A DNA stretch of 64,000 bases from Candidatus Pacearchaeota archaeon (GCA_040879785.1 JBBDJR010000004.1:14778-78777), one strand, 5' to 3'; shown: positions 18,156 to 28,391, counted from the first letter of the stretch. Notes: generated by a model from the letters alone, not told the origin. Numbers and translations are program-made.

Positions 18156-20852
18156 ATGGAAAGTTCTTCTTTAAAGACCCAAAGAATAAAAAACGTAATG
18201 TCTATGTACTATGCCAGGAAAGATGTCCAAAAAGCCATATTTGATTTTTCAAAAAACAGAGAGATTGCACCTAGTTTTATGATGGAGAGCTTTGGAAAAA
18301 GACCTGACTCTTTTCAATATCAGGGAGATATATTTAGCCTGGTAAAAAAAGGGGCGACTTCATTTCACGGAAGCCAAGAACTCTGGAAAGACCCTCTTGA
18401 AATTTCTACAGACCACGACAGAAAACAACTCAATGAAATAAGAATAGGGTGGGACCTTCTATTTGATATAGACAGCAAATATCTCGACTATAGTAAAGTT
18501 CTTGTAAAAATAATAATAAAAATCCTTAATTTTTATTGTATTAAAAATATTGGAATAAAATTTAGCGTTTCAGGAGATACTCCTATATTGATAAAATGTG
18601 ATAATGAAATTTCTCTTATTTCAATAAAGGAAGCAATAGATCTTATAAAAAAAGGAAAAAAATTAGAAGTTTTATCCCTCGATAAAGAAAGGAAACTTAC
18701 GTTTTCAAAGATATATGATTTCTTAGAGCATGAAGATACTCTTTATGAATTAAAACATTCTCAAAGCACAATTCCTCTAAAGGCAACAGGGCATCACTCA
18801 GTTTTTGTATGGGATAAAGGAGATATCATTCAGAAAAAAGTTACAGAGCTGAAAAAAAGAGATTTTTTGGTTTCCTATCATTCTGAGAAAAATCCGTTCT
18901 CAGAAAAAAACCTAAAGATAACTCATAAGTTTGAATTAGGAAGAAACCAGTTCTCTAAAGAAATAATAAAAAAAGATATAAAAATAACTAATGAACTTGC
19001 CCGTTTAATAGGGTATTTTTTAGCAGAGGGTCATGTCACAAATACAATTAATCAGGTTGGATTTTCTTTTAATAAAAATGAAGAAGAATACATAAACGAT
19101 GTTAAAAATATCTTAGAAAAAATTACAAACAAGAAGATCTCAATAAGACATCCAAACCCCAACTCAACTCAAATATTAGTTCATTCCAAAGAATGGGCTG
19201 AATTCTTTGATAATTTTTGCGGAAAGAAAAAAGATAAACACGTGCCTCCTTTCATGTTTAAGTCTTCTAAAGAATTGTTTTTAGAAATGTTAAAAGGATA
19301 TATAAGAGGAGACGGATACAAAATAGGAGAATATGGAGTTGTTGCTAAGTCAGTTTCAAAAAGATTAGTCACCGAAATTGTTTGGCTTTGTGAGCTAAAT
19401 GGTATATCCTGCAATATGTCGTCCGAGAAAAATAAGCCTCATCTTTTGCCCCAAGGGAATTTGTTCAAAGGAAGTTTGGTATATATGTTAAGAATCCCTA
19501 AATCAGAACTTGTAGATTTGGAATTTAATCGCGGCAGGAACGGCTTTTCTCCCTATCCTGGAAGCAAGATCTTCCCAACAGACGGATTGAAGTCTGTTTA
19601 TTCCCAGATCAGGCCAAAAATGTTCAATCTACATCGGGCAGAGCAAATGACCCTTTCAAAAAAACGGGCAAATTTAAATAGGATCAGAAAAGTTTTAGAT
19701 TGGTTTTATAAATTTAAAAGTGTAGAACCTGACAAAGATTCCAGAAAGATTTTACTTAACTATGAAAAATTGTTTAATTCAGATATGTCCATTACAGAGA
19801 TTAAAGATATAACCAAAAAAAATAAGGCTCTTGTTTATGATGTTTCTGTGGAGGGGACCGAATCTTTCTTTGGGAATTTTTACCCTATTTTATTACATAA
19901 CTCAGGAAGCAAAGGATTCCATATAATTATTCCATGGAAGGCGTTCCCAAAAGAAATAAACGGAGTAAAGACTTCAGACATGTTCCCTGAATGGCCGAGA
20001 ATCATCACACAATTTATAATGAGTGTTTCAAATAATGAGCTCATAAAAGAGGTAACAGACCTCACAAAAGAGAGCCAGGGTACAAGCAAATACGTAAAAG
20101 ACTTTGAAGCTCCGAAGGAAGTAATCCCTGATTTAGTCCTTGTTTCCCCAAGACATTTATTTAGAATGCCCTATAGCCTCCACGAAAAAACAGCTCTTGC
20201 CAGTGTGGTTTTAAATCCGATTCCCGAAGAAATTGAGAACTTCCAGCCAAAAGATGCAGACCCTCTTAAAGTTAAAATAAAGAATTTCATTCCTGATTCA
20301 GAAGAAGGTGAGGCAACAGAACTTCTTAGAGAAGCTCTTGACTGGCACAAAAACCAGAATCCCGAAGAATCCGGAGAGATAAAAGAAAGAATGGAATTCA
20401 AACCAGCGAAGATATCAGAGATTTCTAAAGAGATGATTCCTCCATCAATAAAGAAGATTCTTGAAGGCGTTAGGGACGGAAGAAAACGTTCATTATTTAT
20501 TATTCTAAATTTCTTCAGGTCTATCGGAATGGATAAAGAAGAGATTGAGTCACGAGTATCGGAATGGAATGAAAAAAACGAGGTCCCTTTAAAACAAGGT
20601 TATATAAAATCTCAGCTCATATGGAGCTACAGAAACAAAGTAGTTCCTCCCCCAAACTACGATAAAGATTATTATAAGGGGATTGGCGTAACGCCGACGG
20701 AAGAAGAATTTAGATACAAGAATCCTGTTAATTATATTACGAGAAAGTCTGCACAGAAAAAGGCCAAAGAAATAGCTGAAAAGAAAAGAACTGGCAGAGT
20801 CAAAAAGAAAAACATATCTAAGAACAAAGATAATTTTAAAAATAAGGATTAA
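18156..20852 (+). CDS. priS: Fused DNA primase PriS-PriL with intein
   Basis: GWDLLFDID catalytic motif, KF|SGSKGFH split by intein, RHLFRMPYSLHEKT, C-terminal PriL/PriX-like domain (PPSIKKIL..GVRDGRKR). Confidence 0.92.
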   Translation: MESSSLKTQRIKNVMSMYYARKDVQKAIFDFSKNREIAPSFMMESFGKRPDSFQYQGDIFSLVKKGATSFHGSQELWKDPLEISTDHDRKQLNEIRIGWDLLFDIDSKYLDYSKVLVKIIIKILNFYCIKNIGIKFSVSGDTPILIKCDNEISLISIKEAIDLIKKGKKLEVLSLDKERKLTFSKIYDFLEHEDTLYELKHSQSTIPLKATGHHSVFVWDKGDIIQKKVTELKKRDFLVSYHSEKNPFSEKNLKITHKFELGRNQFSKEIIKKDIKITNELARLIGYFLAEGHVTNTINQVGFSFNKNEEEYINDVKNILEKITNKKISIRHPNPNSTQILVHSKEWAEFFDNFCGKKKDKHVPPFMFKSSKELFLEMLKGYIRGDGYKIGEYGVVAKSVSKRLVTEIVWLCELNGISCNMSSEKNKPHLLPQGNLFKGSLVYMLRIPKSELVDLEFNRGRNGFSPYPGSKIFPTDGLKSVYSQIRPKMFNLHRAEQMTLSKKRANLNRIRKVLDWFYKFKSVEPDKDSRKILLNYEKLFNSDMSITEIKDITKKNKALVYDVSVEGTESFFGNFYPILLHNSGSKGFHIIIPWKAFPKEINGVKTSDMFPEWPRIITQFIMSVSNNELIKEVTDLTKESQGTSKYVKDFEAPKEVIPDLVLVSPRHLFRMPYSLHEKTALASVVLNPIPEEIENFQPKDADPLKVKIKNFIPDSEEGEATELLREALDWHKNQNPEESGEIKERMEFKPAKISEISKEMIPPSIKKILEGVRDGRKRSLFIILNFFRSIGMDKEEIESRVSEWNEKNEVPLKQGYIKSQLIWSYRNKVVPPPNYDKDYYKGIGVTPTEEEFRYKNPVNYITRKSAQKKAKEIAEKKRTGRVKKKNISKNKDNFKNKD
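18564..19901 (+). mobile_element. Intein (446 aa) with LAGLIDADG homing endonuclease
   Basis: Starts SVSGDTPI, block B ATGHHSVF, LIGYFLAEG and LKGYIRGDG motifs, VYDVSV...ILLHN followed by Ser +1. Confidence 0.93.
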
Positions 20853-20863
20853 CTATAAATATA

Positions 20864-22825
20864 ATGGAAAAGAGGCGTGTTAATTTTGAAAAGAAAGGTA
20901 TTGCAATTTTGCTTTCCTTTTTTCTTGTATTATTAATTTTCTCGTTTGTTCAGGCACAGGATGCCGACGGAGAAGATGAAGAAACAGAAGAAGACCCTAT
21001 CGACATGGCATATTCCTGTCTTGAGGAAAACGTAGTGGACAAATGCTCCGCCCTTACAACAGAACAGAAAGTGTTTTCTTTATTGGCTATCAACCAGTGT
21101 GAGGAAGAACTAATTGAGGAATCTTCTAACAAAGGAGAGTGCTGGCCGTCTGGAAATTGTGACGTAGAAATAACCTCAAAAGCTGTCCTTGCCCTGAACC
21201 ATGTTGGGGCCAACACTACTTCTGCACAGGAATGGCTTAAATCAAAAAGCGAGCCTACAGAAGGTCTTGATTGGTTTATCCAGATTGAAAGCGGAGAAAC
21301 GTCATGTACCCTAACAGACGATAATGGTTATGAATACAATATAAATTTAATGGAAGATAAAACTATTGAAACAGATGACAATACAGCTGCCTGGCCCGGG
21401 CTTGAAATATCTGATGAAGGATACTGGCTTAAAGTCCTCCCTAAGTTTTACGGCAGAGATTTTAAAATAACCTGCGACGAGGGTTTCCAAACAAACTTAT
21501 TATTTAGGAAATCTGATGATCCGGGAACAATTCATGTTTTCCCTGATTTTTCCGAGAGAAGTGGAGGAGATTCTTCCAATGAAACAGTTGAATCTTCTTG
21601 TTTTGAAGAAAGGGACGGTTGCAGTTACTCAGGAGGTCTTTGGGCGGCACTTGTTCTTGACTTGCTTGAAGAGGACGTTTCTTCTTACCTTCCTTACCTA
21701 ATAACATTTAAGGAGGACAATCCGAGTCTTCTTCCAGATTCTTTCCTTTATTCCATAACTTCCGGAGATGATTACAAGGATTCTCTTCTTTCAGAACAAT
21801 CACAAAATAGATGGGATGTTTCCGGAGACGAATATTATGACACGGCTCTCGCGCTTTACCCTTTGTCAGACAATTCCCTAAGAGAGAAGGAGGATTCAAA
21901 AGAGTGGCTTCTTGAAGAGCAGGATGCTGACGGGTGCTGGCAGGGAGGAAATATAAGAAATACTGCGTTTGTGCTTGAGTCCGTATGGCCGAGGGATTTT
22001 ATAGGCAGTTCTGGTTCCGGCTCTGAAAACGGAGGAGACTCTACAATCTATTGTGAGGGTGCAGGGAATTATTGCGTTTCTTCATCAGGAGAGTGTTCAG
22101 GAGAGGTCATTGGCGACCAGGTTTGCCCGGGCTCATTTTCACCTGTTTGTTGTAGTCAGCCTCGGGAACAAAAAACCTGTTCTGATATTATTAATGAGCA
22201 CGGAGGAGATGGAGATGTTTGTTCTTCGTCGAGCCAAAGCTGTCAGGGCAGTCAAACCAGTGACGCTTCAGACTTAGGAGCTGGAGAAGTTTGCTGTTAT
22301 GGTGAAGGAGCATTTTGTAAGGATATTCCAGAACAGGAAGTTTCTGAATGTGAAGAGCAGGGAGGAGAGTGTAGAAGTTCTTGCTTTAGGGGCGAAGAAG
22401 AAGATTCACAATATTCATGTTCTCTAGAAAGTCAGGTCTGTTGTATGTCTTCTAGTTCTGATGAGGATGAAGGAAATGAAGAGGGAAATTTAATGTGGGT
22501 TTGGATTTTAGGGACACTTATAGTTCTTGTAGTAATTGGGATAATATTTAAAGATAAACTAAGAGAGTTCTGGCTAAAAATAAAATCTAAGTTTGGAGGT
22601 TCTAAATCTGGATCGGGAAGAGGAAGTCACGGCCCGGGAAGACCTCCGGGCAGACCCGGACCTCCACCACACTATCCAAGACCAAGAAGACCATCTTCAG
22701 AGAGGAGAGTTCTTCCAAGACCTCAGCCTCAACAATCCAGGCCCTCACCAAGACCAGAAAGAAAATCCGGGGCAAGCAAGGAATTAGACGACGTTCTTAA
22801 AAAACTGAAGGAGATGGGGAAGTAA
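20864..22825 (+). CDS. Type I membrane protein: alpha/alpha-toroid (prenyltransferase-like) domain, Cys-rich repeats, TM, Pro/Arg-rich tail
   Basis: WLLEEQDADGCW and YDTALAL repeats; C-x6-C...CC repeats; TM near aa 545. Confidence 0.7.
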   Translation: MEKRRVNFEKKGIAILLSFFLVLLIFSFVQAQDADGEDEETEEDPIDMAYSCLEENVVDKCSALTTEQKVFSLLAINQCEEELIEESSNKGECWPSGNCDVEITSKAVLALNHVGANTTSAQEWLKSKSEPTEGLDWFIQIESGETSCTLTDDNGYEYNINLMEDKTIETDDNTAAWPGLEISDEGYWLKVLPKFYGRDFKITCDEGFQTNLLFRKSDDPGTIHVFPDFSERSGGDSSNETVESSCFEERDGCSYSGGLWAALVLDLLEEDVSSYLPYLITFKEDNPSLLPDSFLYSITSGDDYKDSLLSEQSQNRWDVSGDEYYDTALALYPLSDNSLREKEDSKEWLLEEQDADGCWQGGNIRNTAFVLESVWPRDFIGSSGSGSENGGDSTIYCEGAGNYCVSSSGECSGEVIGDQVCPGSFSPVCCSQPREQKTCSDIINEHGGDGDVCSSSSQSCQGSQTSDASDLGAGEVCCYGEGAFCKDIPEQEVSECEEQGGECRSSCFRGEEEDSQYSCSLESQVCCMSSSSDEDEGNEEGNLMWVWILGTLIVLVVIGIIFKDKLREFWLKIKSKFGGSKSGSGRGSHGPGRPPGRPGPPPHYPRPRRPSSERRVLPRPQPQQSRPSPRPERKSGASKELDDVLKKLKEMGK

Positions 22826-22861
22826 ATAAAAATTTATTAACCCCCCTTTTCTATTGTAATT

Positions 22862-24202
22862 ATGAGAAAAAATAAAGAGGCATTCCTTTTTTTAGGAATA
22901 TTCGTTTTGTTGGCTTTCGCGGGTTCGTTGATTGTTAAAGATATAAGCATTACAGGCATGGCAACTTCCGAATTCCTTAAAGATTCCGATGAGTTTGACC
23001 AGGGAGAGACATTAATTGCGGAGATTTCGGGGAATTTTATAGACCAAATCACTCACGACAATGTTCATTTTTTTGAGGACCATGTAGGAATTCCAATGAT
23101 ACATGATGTAAAAAAAATAGAAGAAAGTTTTTTTATTTATGCCCAGCTTAAAGACAAATCTGCAGGGAATTATTCTTTTGTCATCAGTGATGTGAGGTAT
23201 ATGTTGGGGGCGGAAACAACCGACGAAGATATTGTGGTTCCTTTCAAGATTACAGAGAACACAGCAGATTTTTATGTTTCGCCGGGCTTTATTACAACTC
23301 GCGATGACTTTGACCTCGAGTTTCAGAATTTGAAATCAGATAGGATAACAATCTCGATAGAGCATTCTGATTTACTTGAATCACAGAATTCTTTAGAGTT
23401 GATTTCAGGAGAGATAGAAGAAATAAATTTCCAGAGAACAGAGAAATCCCAGGATTCAGAATATCATTTTGAAAAGATAACCTTGAGTTCCGGAGATACT
23501 TCTTATGAAGTTCCTGTTTTGCTTGAGCCTTTTGACGGAGCGGTTGACGAGGAGCAGGAGACGGAAGACCCTGAAGAAACAGAAGAGAAGCTTGATTTTA
23601 GGTTTGAGCCGAATTCTGCCAACGTGTCAATAGCTACAGAATCAGATTCAAAAAGAATAATCTATCTCCTAAACACCGGCGAAGACTTAATTGAAAATAT
23701 CTCAATCTCTGTTTCCCCTTCTCTAGATGATTATGTTAATGTCTCTCCTTCTGAAATTCTTATGTTAAGTGAAGGCTCCAGACAAAAAATTGAGATCTCT
23801 ATAATTTCAGGAGAAGACGAAGAGAGTTTAGAAGGAAAAATTAATGCCCTTTCAAAGAATCTCACAACTTCCTTTACCTTTAACCTAGATTTTGTAATAG
23901 ATTTTATTCCCGAGGATGAAGAAGAAAATGAAACTGGAACAGAAATAATCACCACTTGTGAACAGCTCGGCGGAAATATCTGCGGAAGCGGGGAGAGTTG
24001 CACCGGAGAAACAACTTCTGCTAAAGATGGAACTTGCTGTCTTGAACCCGCTATTTGTGAAGAAGACGAAGAATCAAACACTGGAAGAATTGTGGGATGG
24101 AGCATTGTCATTGTAGTTATCATCCTGCTTGCCTGGTTTTTCCTTAAATATAAAAAAGCCAGACCGAAGGCAGACATTCTTTCAAGGGGAAGGAAGAGGT
24201 AG
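22862..24202 (+). CDS. Surface protein with Ig-like domains, Cys motif and C-terminal TM
   Basis: N-terminal signal with ITGMAT; TCEQLGGNIC...CC; C-terminal TM with basic tail. Confidence 0.7.
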   Translation: MRKNKEAFLFLGIFVLLAFAGSLIVKDISITGMATSEFLKDSDEFDQGETLIAEISGNFIDQITHDNVHFFEDHVGIPMIHDVKKIEESFFIYAQLKDKSAGNYSFVISDVRYMLGAETTDEDIVVPFKITENTADFYVSPGFITTRDDFDLEFQNLKSDRITISIEHSDLLESQNSLELISGEIEEINFQRTEKSQDSEYHFEKITLSSGDTSYEVPVLLEPFDGAVDEEQETEDPEETEEKLDFRFEPNSANVSIATESDSKRIIYLLNTGEDLIENISISVSPSLDDYVNVSPSEILMLSEGSRQKIEISIISGEDEESLEGKINALSKNLTTSFTFNLDFVIDFIPEDEEENETGTEIITTCEQLGGNICGSGESCTGETTSAKDGTCCLEPAICEEDEESNTGRIVGWSIVIVVIILLAWFFLKYKKARPKADILSRGRKR

Positions 24203-24214
24203 TTGAAATGATAA

Positions 24215-24796
24215 TTACTTCTTAGAAGACTTCTTTTTAGCAGTTTTTTTCTTGGATTTTTCTTTGTTCTTTTTTTCCGGGCTTTTTTGAATTTCTTGTA
24301 TTTTATTCTGTTCCTGTTGCTCTTGTCCTGGTTGTTGAATCTGGGCTACTGGACTGACTTCTTTAGGAATTTCTCCTCCGAGTTCTTTAATCTTCCTAAA
24401 AAGAATCTGCTTTTCTACTTGCATCACTCTTGCTATTTCATCATATCTATGAAGCTTAAATATAAGATCGTTTAAAATTTCATTAATCCTGTCGTTGGAT
24501 ACCATAAGAATTTCGGGAGAGATTATTTCTATGTTCGCAGGCATATATTTAAACATCAATTTTGAAAGATACGGAATCTCCTCAACTTCAATTTCAACTT
24601 CAGCGAAAGTCGTATAGAGCTCTTTCTGATCCTTCATTAAAACAGGCTCTTTTATATCCTTAGACAAAACATCCACTTTCTTTTCATTTCCTAAATCATT
24701 TATCATATTCTCAAGAGTTTCTATAAGATGGTTCGCAGGCCTGCCTATAATATCAAGAATCATTACCGCTCTTATCTTAACATCATCTGAACTCAT
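24215..24796 (-). CDS. Hypothetical protein
   Basis: 193 aa; globular N-terminus (ILDIIGRP, YMPANIEII) with Lys-rich tail. Confidence 0.7.
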   Translation of the reverse strand: MSSDDVKIRAVMILDIIGRPANHLIETLENMINDLGNEKKVDVLSKDIKEPVLMKDQKELYTTFAEVEIEVEEIPYLSKLMFKYMPANIEIISPEILMVSNDRINEILNDLIFKLHRYDEIARVMQVEKQILFRKIKELGGEIPKEVSPVAQIQQPGQEQQEQNKIQEIQKSPEKKNKEKSKKKTAKKKSSKK

Positions 24797-25373
24797 TTTT
24801 GTATCTGTTTTTTTGGATAAGGAAAAGTATTCCTATAATTATAGAGAATATTATGAATCCGTAAACCGCATATCCTCTACCTGATTTTGAAAAATCCTCG
24901 TCGCTTTTTATATCTTTTGGGTTAAGGTTTATTGGCTCAGATATTTCTGTGTTTGTTTGCACGGCTTTCCCTGTGCCGGATGAATCCATTTCCTCAGAGT
25001 TAACTTCTCCATGTTTGGTTTGTGTTAATTCATAGTCGTCTTCATCTGAGGGTTCCTTTTCATTATCCACACTCTCGTTCTCTTCTTTACTTTCGTTGTT
25101 GGAAACGCACGCACCTTCATCTTTCATGTCTTGAAGTGTTGCAGGACCGATTCCGTTAACATTTATTAAATCATCAACCTCTTCAAAAGGATTGTTTGTT
25201 CTGTAATCAATTATCGACTGGGATTTAACAGGACCAATCCCTGTAAACTCCTGAAGCTTTTCTTTAGAAGCGGTATTAACATCAATCTCCCCTTCTCCAC
25301 ATTGTGCAGGAATAAGAGGAATCACTAATAAAACCGAGATAAATATGAACCAGTAGAGAGTTCCAGTCTTCAT
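24783..25373 (-). CDS. comEA: ComEA-like helix-hairpin-helix DNA-binding surface protein
   Basis: IDVNTASKEKL..GIGPVK..IIDYR...F..VDDL..VNGIGPATL; N-terminal signal and C-terminal TM. Confidence 0.88.
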   Translation of the reverse strand: MKTGTLYWFIFISVLLVIPLIPAQCGEGEIDVNTASKEKLQEFTGIGPVKSQSIIDYRTNNPFEEVDDLINVNGIGPATLQDMKDEGACVSNNESKEENESVDNEKEPSDEDDYELTQTKHGEVNSEEMDSSGTGKAVQTNTEISEPINLNPKDIKSDEDFSKSGRGYAVYGFIIFSIIIGILFLIQKNRYKNEFR

Positions 25374-25397
25374 GAAAACCAGAGGGAGTTATTAAAT

Positions 25398-25877
25398 TTA
25401 AAGTTTATTGTGATTGTATTTCTCTTCAAAATCAACATATTCAATCTCTCCGCGTTTTTTTCCTTTTTTTGCTATGAGAATCTGGGAGAAAATTTTACTT
25501 TCAATCAGCCAAGTGCACATAGCTCTTTCAACTTTGTCCAAATACCCGTTAGCTTTAACCTCGAGACCGACCACATCATATTTTCCGTTTTCATCTCTTC
25601 TGAAACACACAAAGTCAGGGAATCCTGTTCCAATTCCAAGAGGGACCATTCTTTTTATTTTCGGATTGAATACAAATTTTGGCCTTGTTGCAGTAAGTTT
25701 CCATATCCCTCCATCTTTTTCTTGCTCAACAGTATTCATCCATTTTGAAACGATCCATCCCATATCTTCTGCCTTGGCCCGGACACGAGCCTCAAAACGC
25801 GCGCCCGCCGCCCGACTTTTCTTTCCGCGAACAGAGTTCTTCTTTTTGATCTTTTCCTTAGCCGCCTCTTTTTTCAT
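25398..25877 (-). CDS. PD-(D/E)XK nuclease, Holliday junction resolvase-like
   Basis: GARFE...GFPDF...LEVK motif. Confidence 0.7.
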   Translation of the reverse strand: MKKEAAKEKIKKKNSVRGKKSRAAGARFEARVRAKAEDMGWIVSKWMNTVEQEKDGGIWKLTATRPKFVFNPKIKRMVPLGIGTGFPDFVCFRRDENGKYDVVGLEVKANGYLDKVERAMCTWLIESKIFSQILIAKKGKKRGEIEYVDFEEKYNHNKL

Positions 25878-25916
25878 AATATTAAAAATTTCCAGAACTA
25901 TAAAAACCTAACTTTA

Positions 25917-26078
25917 TTATGAGTTAAATCTGTTAAAAATCATCCCTATAGCAATTATCCCGATAATCACGGGAATCCACGGGAGATTAATACTATAATA
26001 TCCCATATCTTCAAAGAACCAGACTATTGCAAATATTAAAATAATAACTGCCAGAACCGGAAACCTTGGGTTTGTCAT
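25917..26078 (-). CDS. Small two-TM membrane protein (53 aa, not in ORF track)
   Basis: Manual translation MTNPRFPVLAVIILIFAIVWFFEDMGYYSINLPWIPVIIGIIAIGMIFNRFNS; TATA upstream. Confidence 0.7.
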   Translation of the reverse strand: MTNPRFPVLAVIILIFAIVWFFEDMGYYSINLPWIPVIIGIIAIGMIFNRFNS

Positions 26079-26110
26079 AAAAAACGAAAGACACAGAGGT
26101 TTTTATATTT

Positions 26111-26305
26111 TTACAAATCACGAGCCTGAAGAGTTCGTCTTGAATTTGCTTTAGCTCTTTTTATTCCGTCCCTCAAAACTTCTTCAACTTTTCTTTCAAG
26201 AGCAATCCCAACTTCCTCGGCAACGCTTGATATAGCACCTTCTTTGTCCAGTTCCTTTACAACATTCCGTATGTTTGACTTAACTACTAACGCCATTTTA
26301 TTCAC
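26111..26305 (-). CDS. Short histone-fold protein (DUF1931-like)
   Basis: LVVKSNIR..., KRAKANSRRTLQARDL histone L2/alpha3 motif. Confidence 0.85.
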   Translation of the reverse strand: MNKMALVVKSNIRNVVKELDKEGAISSVAEEVGIALERKVEEVLRDGIKRAKANSRRTLQARDL

Positions 26306-26889
26306 TCCAATCCCACATCATCTTTTATCTTTTTAATTCCTTCGATAGCTGTTCCAAAAAACTCATCTAACTCCAGACCAAGTTTTTCACACTCACGGAT
26401 AATTTCTCGGTCAATTTTTGCCGCGAAGGTTTTGTCCTTAAACTTTTTCTTTAGACCTTTAGCTTTCATGTCAGAAACTCTTCCGTCGCGCATTAAGGCA
26501 TATGCATGCACAAGGCCCGTTATTGTTTCAGAGGTAGCGAGGGCATGCTGAACTTTCTCCGTCCTCTTTTTTTCTGCTAAGTGAGGCAACTCTTCAAATC
26601 CGTATCCGTGACTCAAAACAATCTGAATAAACTCGTCATCAAATCCTGCTTCTTTTAGAATTTCAGGAGCCTTTGTTAAATGTGTTTCAACATTTTCTTT
26701 TGTAAGCCCCCAATCAATATCGTGAACAAGGCCAAGCATTCCCCAATAATTTTCGTCTTCATCAAGTTTTTTTGCTAGTTCTCTCATTACTGCCTCAGAT
26801 TCCAGATAATGAACTAAATCTTTTTCATCGTTGTCGTATTCTTTTACAAGTTTAAGTGCCTGTTCTCTGTTTAGTGGAAGATTAGACAT
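26302..26889 (-). CDS. HD-domain phosphohydrolase
   Basis: H...GLVHDIDW, KKKFKDKTFAA motifs. Confidence 0.88.
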   Translation of the reverse strand: MSNLPLNREQALKLVKEYDNDEKDLVHYLESEAVMRELAKKLDEDENYWGMLGLVHDIDWGLTKENVETHLTKAPEILKEAGFDDEFIQIVLSHGYGFEELPHLAEKKRTEKVQHALATSETITGLVHAYALMRDGRVSDMKAKGLKKKFKDKTFAAKIDREIIRECEKLGLELDEFFGTAIEGIKKIKDDVGLE

Positions 26890-26890
26890 T

Positions 26891-28390
26891 TTATTTTATT
26901 TTCTCCAACAATTTAACAACATTCCCCTCTCCAATTGAAAGTATCAGGCTTGCTAATCTAGGTCCTCTTGGCTTATCAATAAGGATTTCATAAGCAGTCT
27001 GGAAAAATTCTTTTGGCTTTATCTCTGTTGCCTGACAAATATTATAAAACTCGTTGAACAGTTCCTCTTCATTAAATTTCTTTGTTGCAAGCGATTCCTT
27101 TAACATAATAAGAGCTTGTTTTTCAGGGTCCGTTAATTCTTTTTTAATTTCTTTTTGCACTTCAAAGGTCATGTCAGGTCCCGCATGTTTCTCAAGCCAG
27201 TTTTTAACTTTCTCTGCTCTTTTTTTTGAATGAAGGTTAAGCTCTTTTGTTTTCTCTGTCTGGACTAGGGTTATTAAATGTCTGAAACTCATTCTTTCAG
27301 GCTTTTTCTCTGGGATTTTTTCAGGAGAGACCTGGGAAAGCTCATAAACTCTTTTTTCTTGTGGATTAACAATGCCTTCAAAATACCTGTGCTCAAGGTC
27401 ATCATAATCTTCATAAATCTTTATTATGTCATTGTCAAAGCTTATTTGGAACCCTTTGTTTGGACGGGTGCTTACAAATATATATCTAAGAACTTCAGGT
27501 TCGTAAACTTTTTCTACGTCATCTAATGAGACTGCATTTCCCGATGAGCTAGAGAATTCTTTGCCTCCCTTTATTCTAACCCAATCATAGAATGTATATA
27601 TAGGGGTCTCGTAATCAAAAACCTCTTTGACAATTTCTTTCGAAGTTGTAAGTGAACCTCCGTGAACACTGTGATCTATTCCTCCCGGCTCGTAATCTAC
27701 ATTTTCATATTTCCATCTCATAGGCCAATCCACTCTCCACTTGACACTGACAATTCCTTTTTTTCTATAGTCTATCTTATTTTTATGTCCACATAAACAT
27801 TCATACTCAATTTCGTAACCCTTGACAGAAGTGATCTTAGTGGAATCCTTTTTGCATTCTTCACAATAAATTGCGATAGGCCACCAATCATTTTTTAGAG
27901 GCTCTCTTCGGTATTTGTTGAGAATCCTCACAATATCGTCCTTTTTTTCAAGCGCGGTTTTTATCAACTCTGTATATTTACATTTTTTATTCATCACATT
28001 CTGTCTTATAAAATCGGGATTTATCCCAACTTTTTTAAGAGATTCTTCGAATTCTTTTTCAAAATATTCTGCGTAACTTAATTTTTTATCAAAAGGTGAA
28101 ATGAATTCACTGAGAGGCATGCCCACATATTTTTCATACTCCTCGGGAACATTCTTTGGCACTTTTCTGAACCTATCATAATCATCCCAGGAGTAAAGAA
28201 ATCTCACATTTTTCCCTTTATTTCTAAGAGCCCTTGCAACAAGATCTGTTGTGATAACCTCCCTAAAATTACCGATATGAATTGTTCCGGAAGGAGTTAT
28301 TCCCGAAGCGCAAATGTACTGCTTTTTGTTTCCTTTTTCCTTGATTATTTCGTCAGCGATTTGATCCGCCCAAAAGAATTTTTCTGCCAT
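26891..28390 (-). CDS. lysS: Class I lysyl-tRNA synthetase
   Basis: FWAD, SGITPSGTIHIGNFRE, WRVDWPMRW, GPRL motifs. Confidence 0.97.
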   Translation of the reverse strand: MAEKFFWADQIADEIIKEKGNKKQYICASGITPSGTIHIGNFREVITTDLVARALRNKGKNVRFLYSWDDYDRFRKVPKNVPEEYEKYVGMPLSEFISPFDKKLSYAEYFEKEFEESLKKVGINPDFIRQNVMNKKCKYTELIKTALEKKDDIVRILNKYRREPLKNDWWPIAIYCEECKKDSTKITSVKGYEIEYECLCGHKNKIDYRKKGIVSVKWRVDWPMRWKYENVDYEPGGIDHSVHGGSLTTSKEIVKEVFDYETPIYTFYDWVRIKGGKEFSSSSGNAVSLDDVEKVYEPEVLRYIFVSTRPNKGFQISFDNDIIKIYEDYDDLEHRYFEGIVNPQEKRVYELSQVSPEKIPEKKPERMSFRHLITLVQTEKTKELNLHSKKRAEKVKNWLEKHAGPDMTFEVQKEIKKELTDPEKQALIMLKESLATKKFNEEELFNEFYNICQATEIKPKEFFQTAYEILIDKPRGPRLASLILSIGEGNVVKLLEKIK

Positions 28391-28391
28391 C

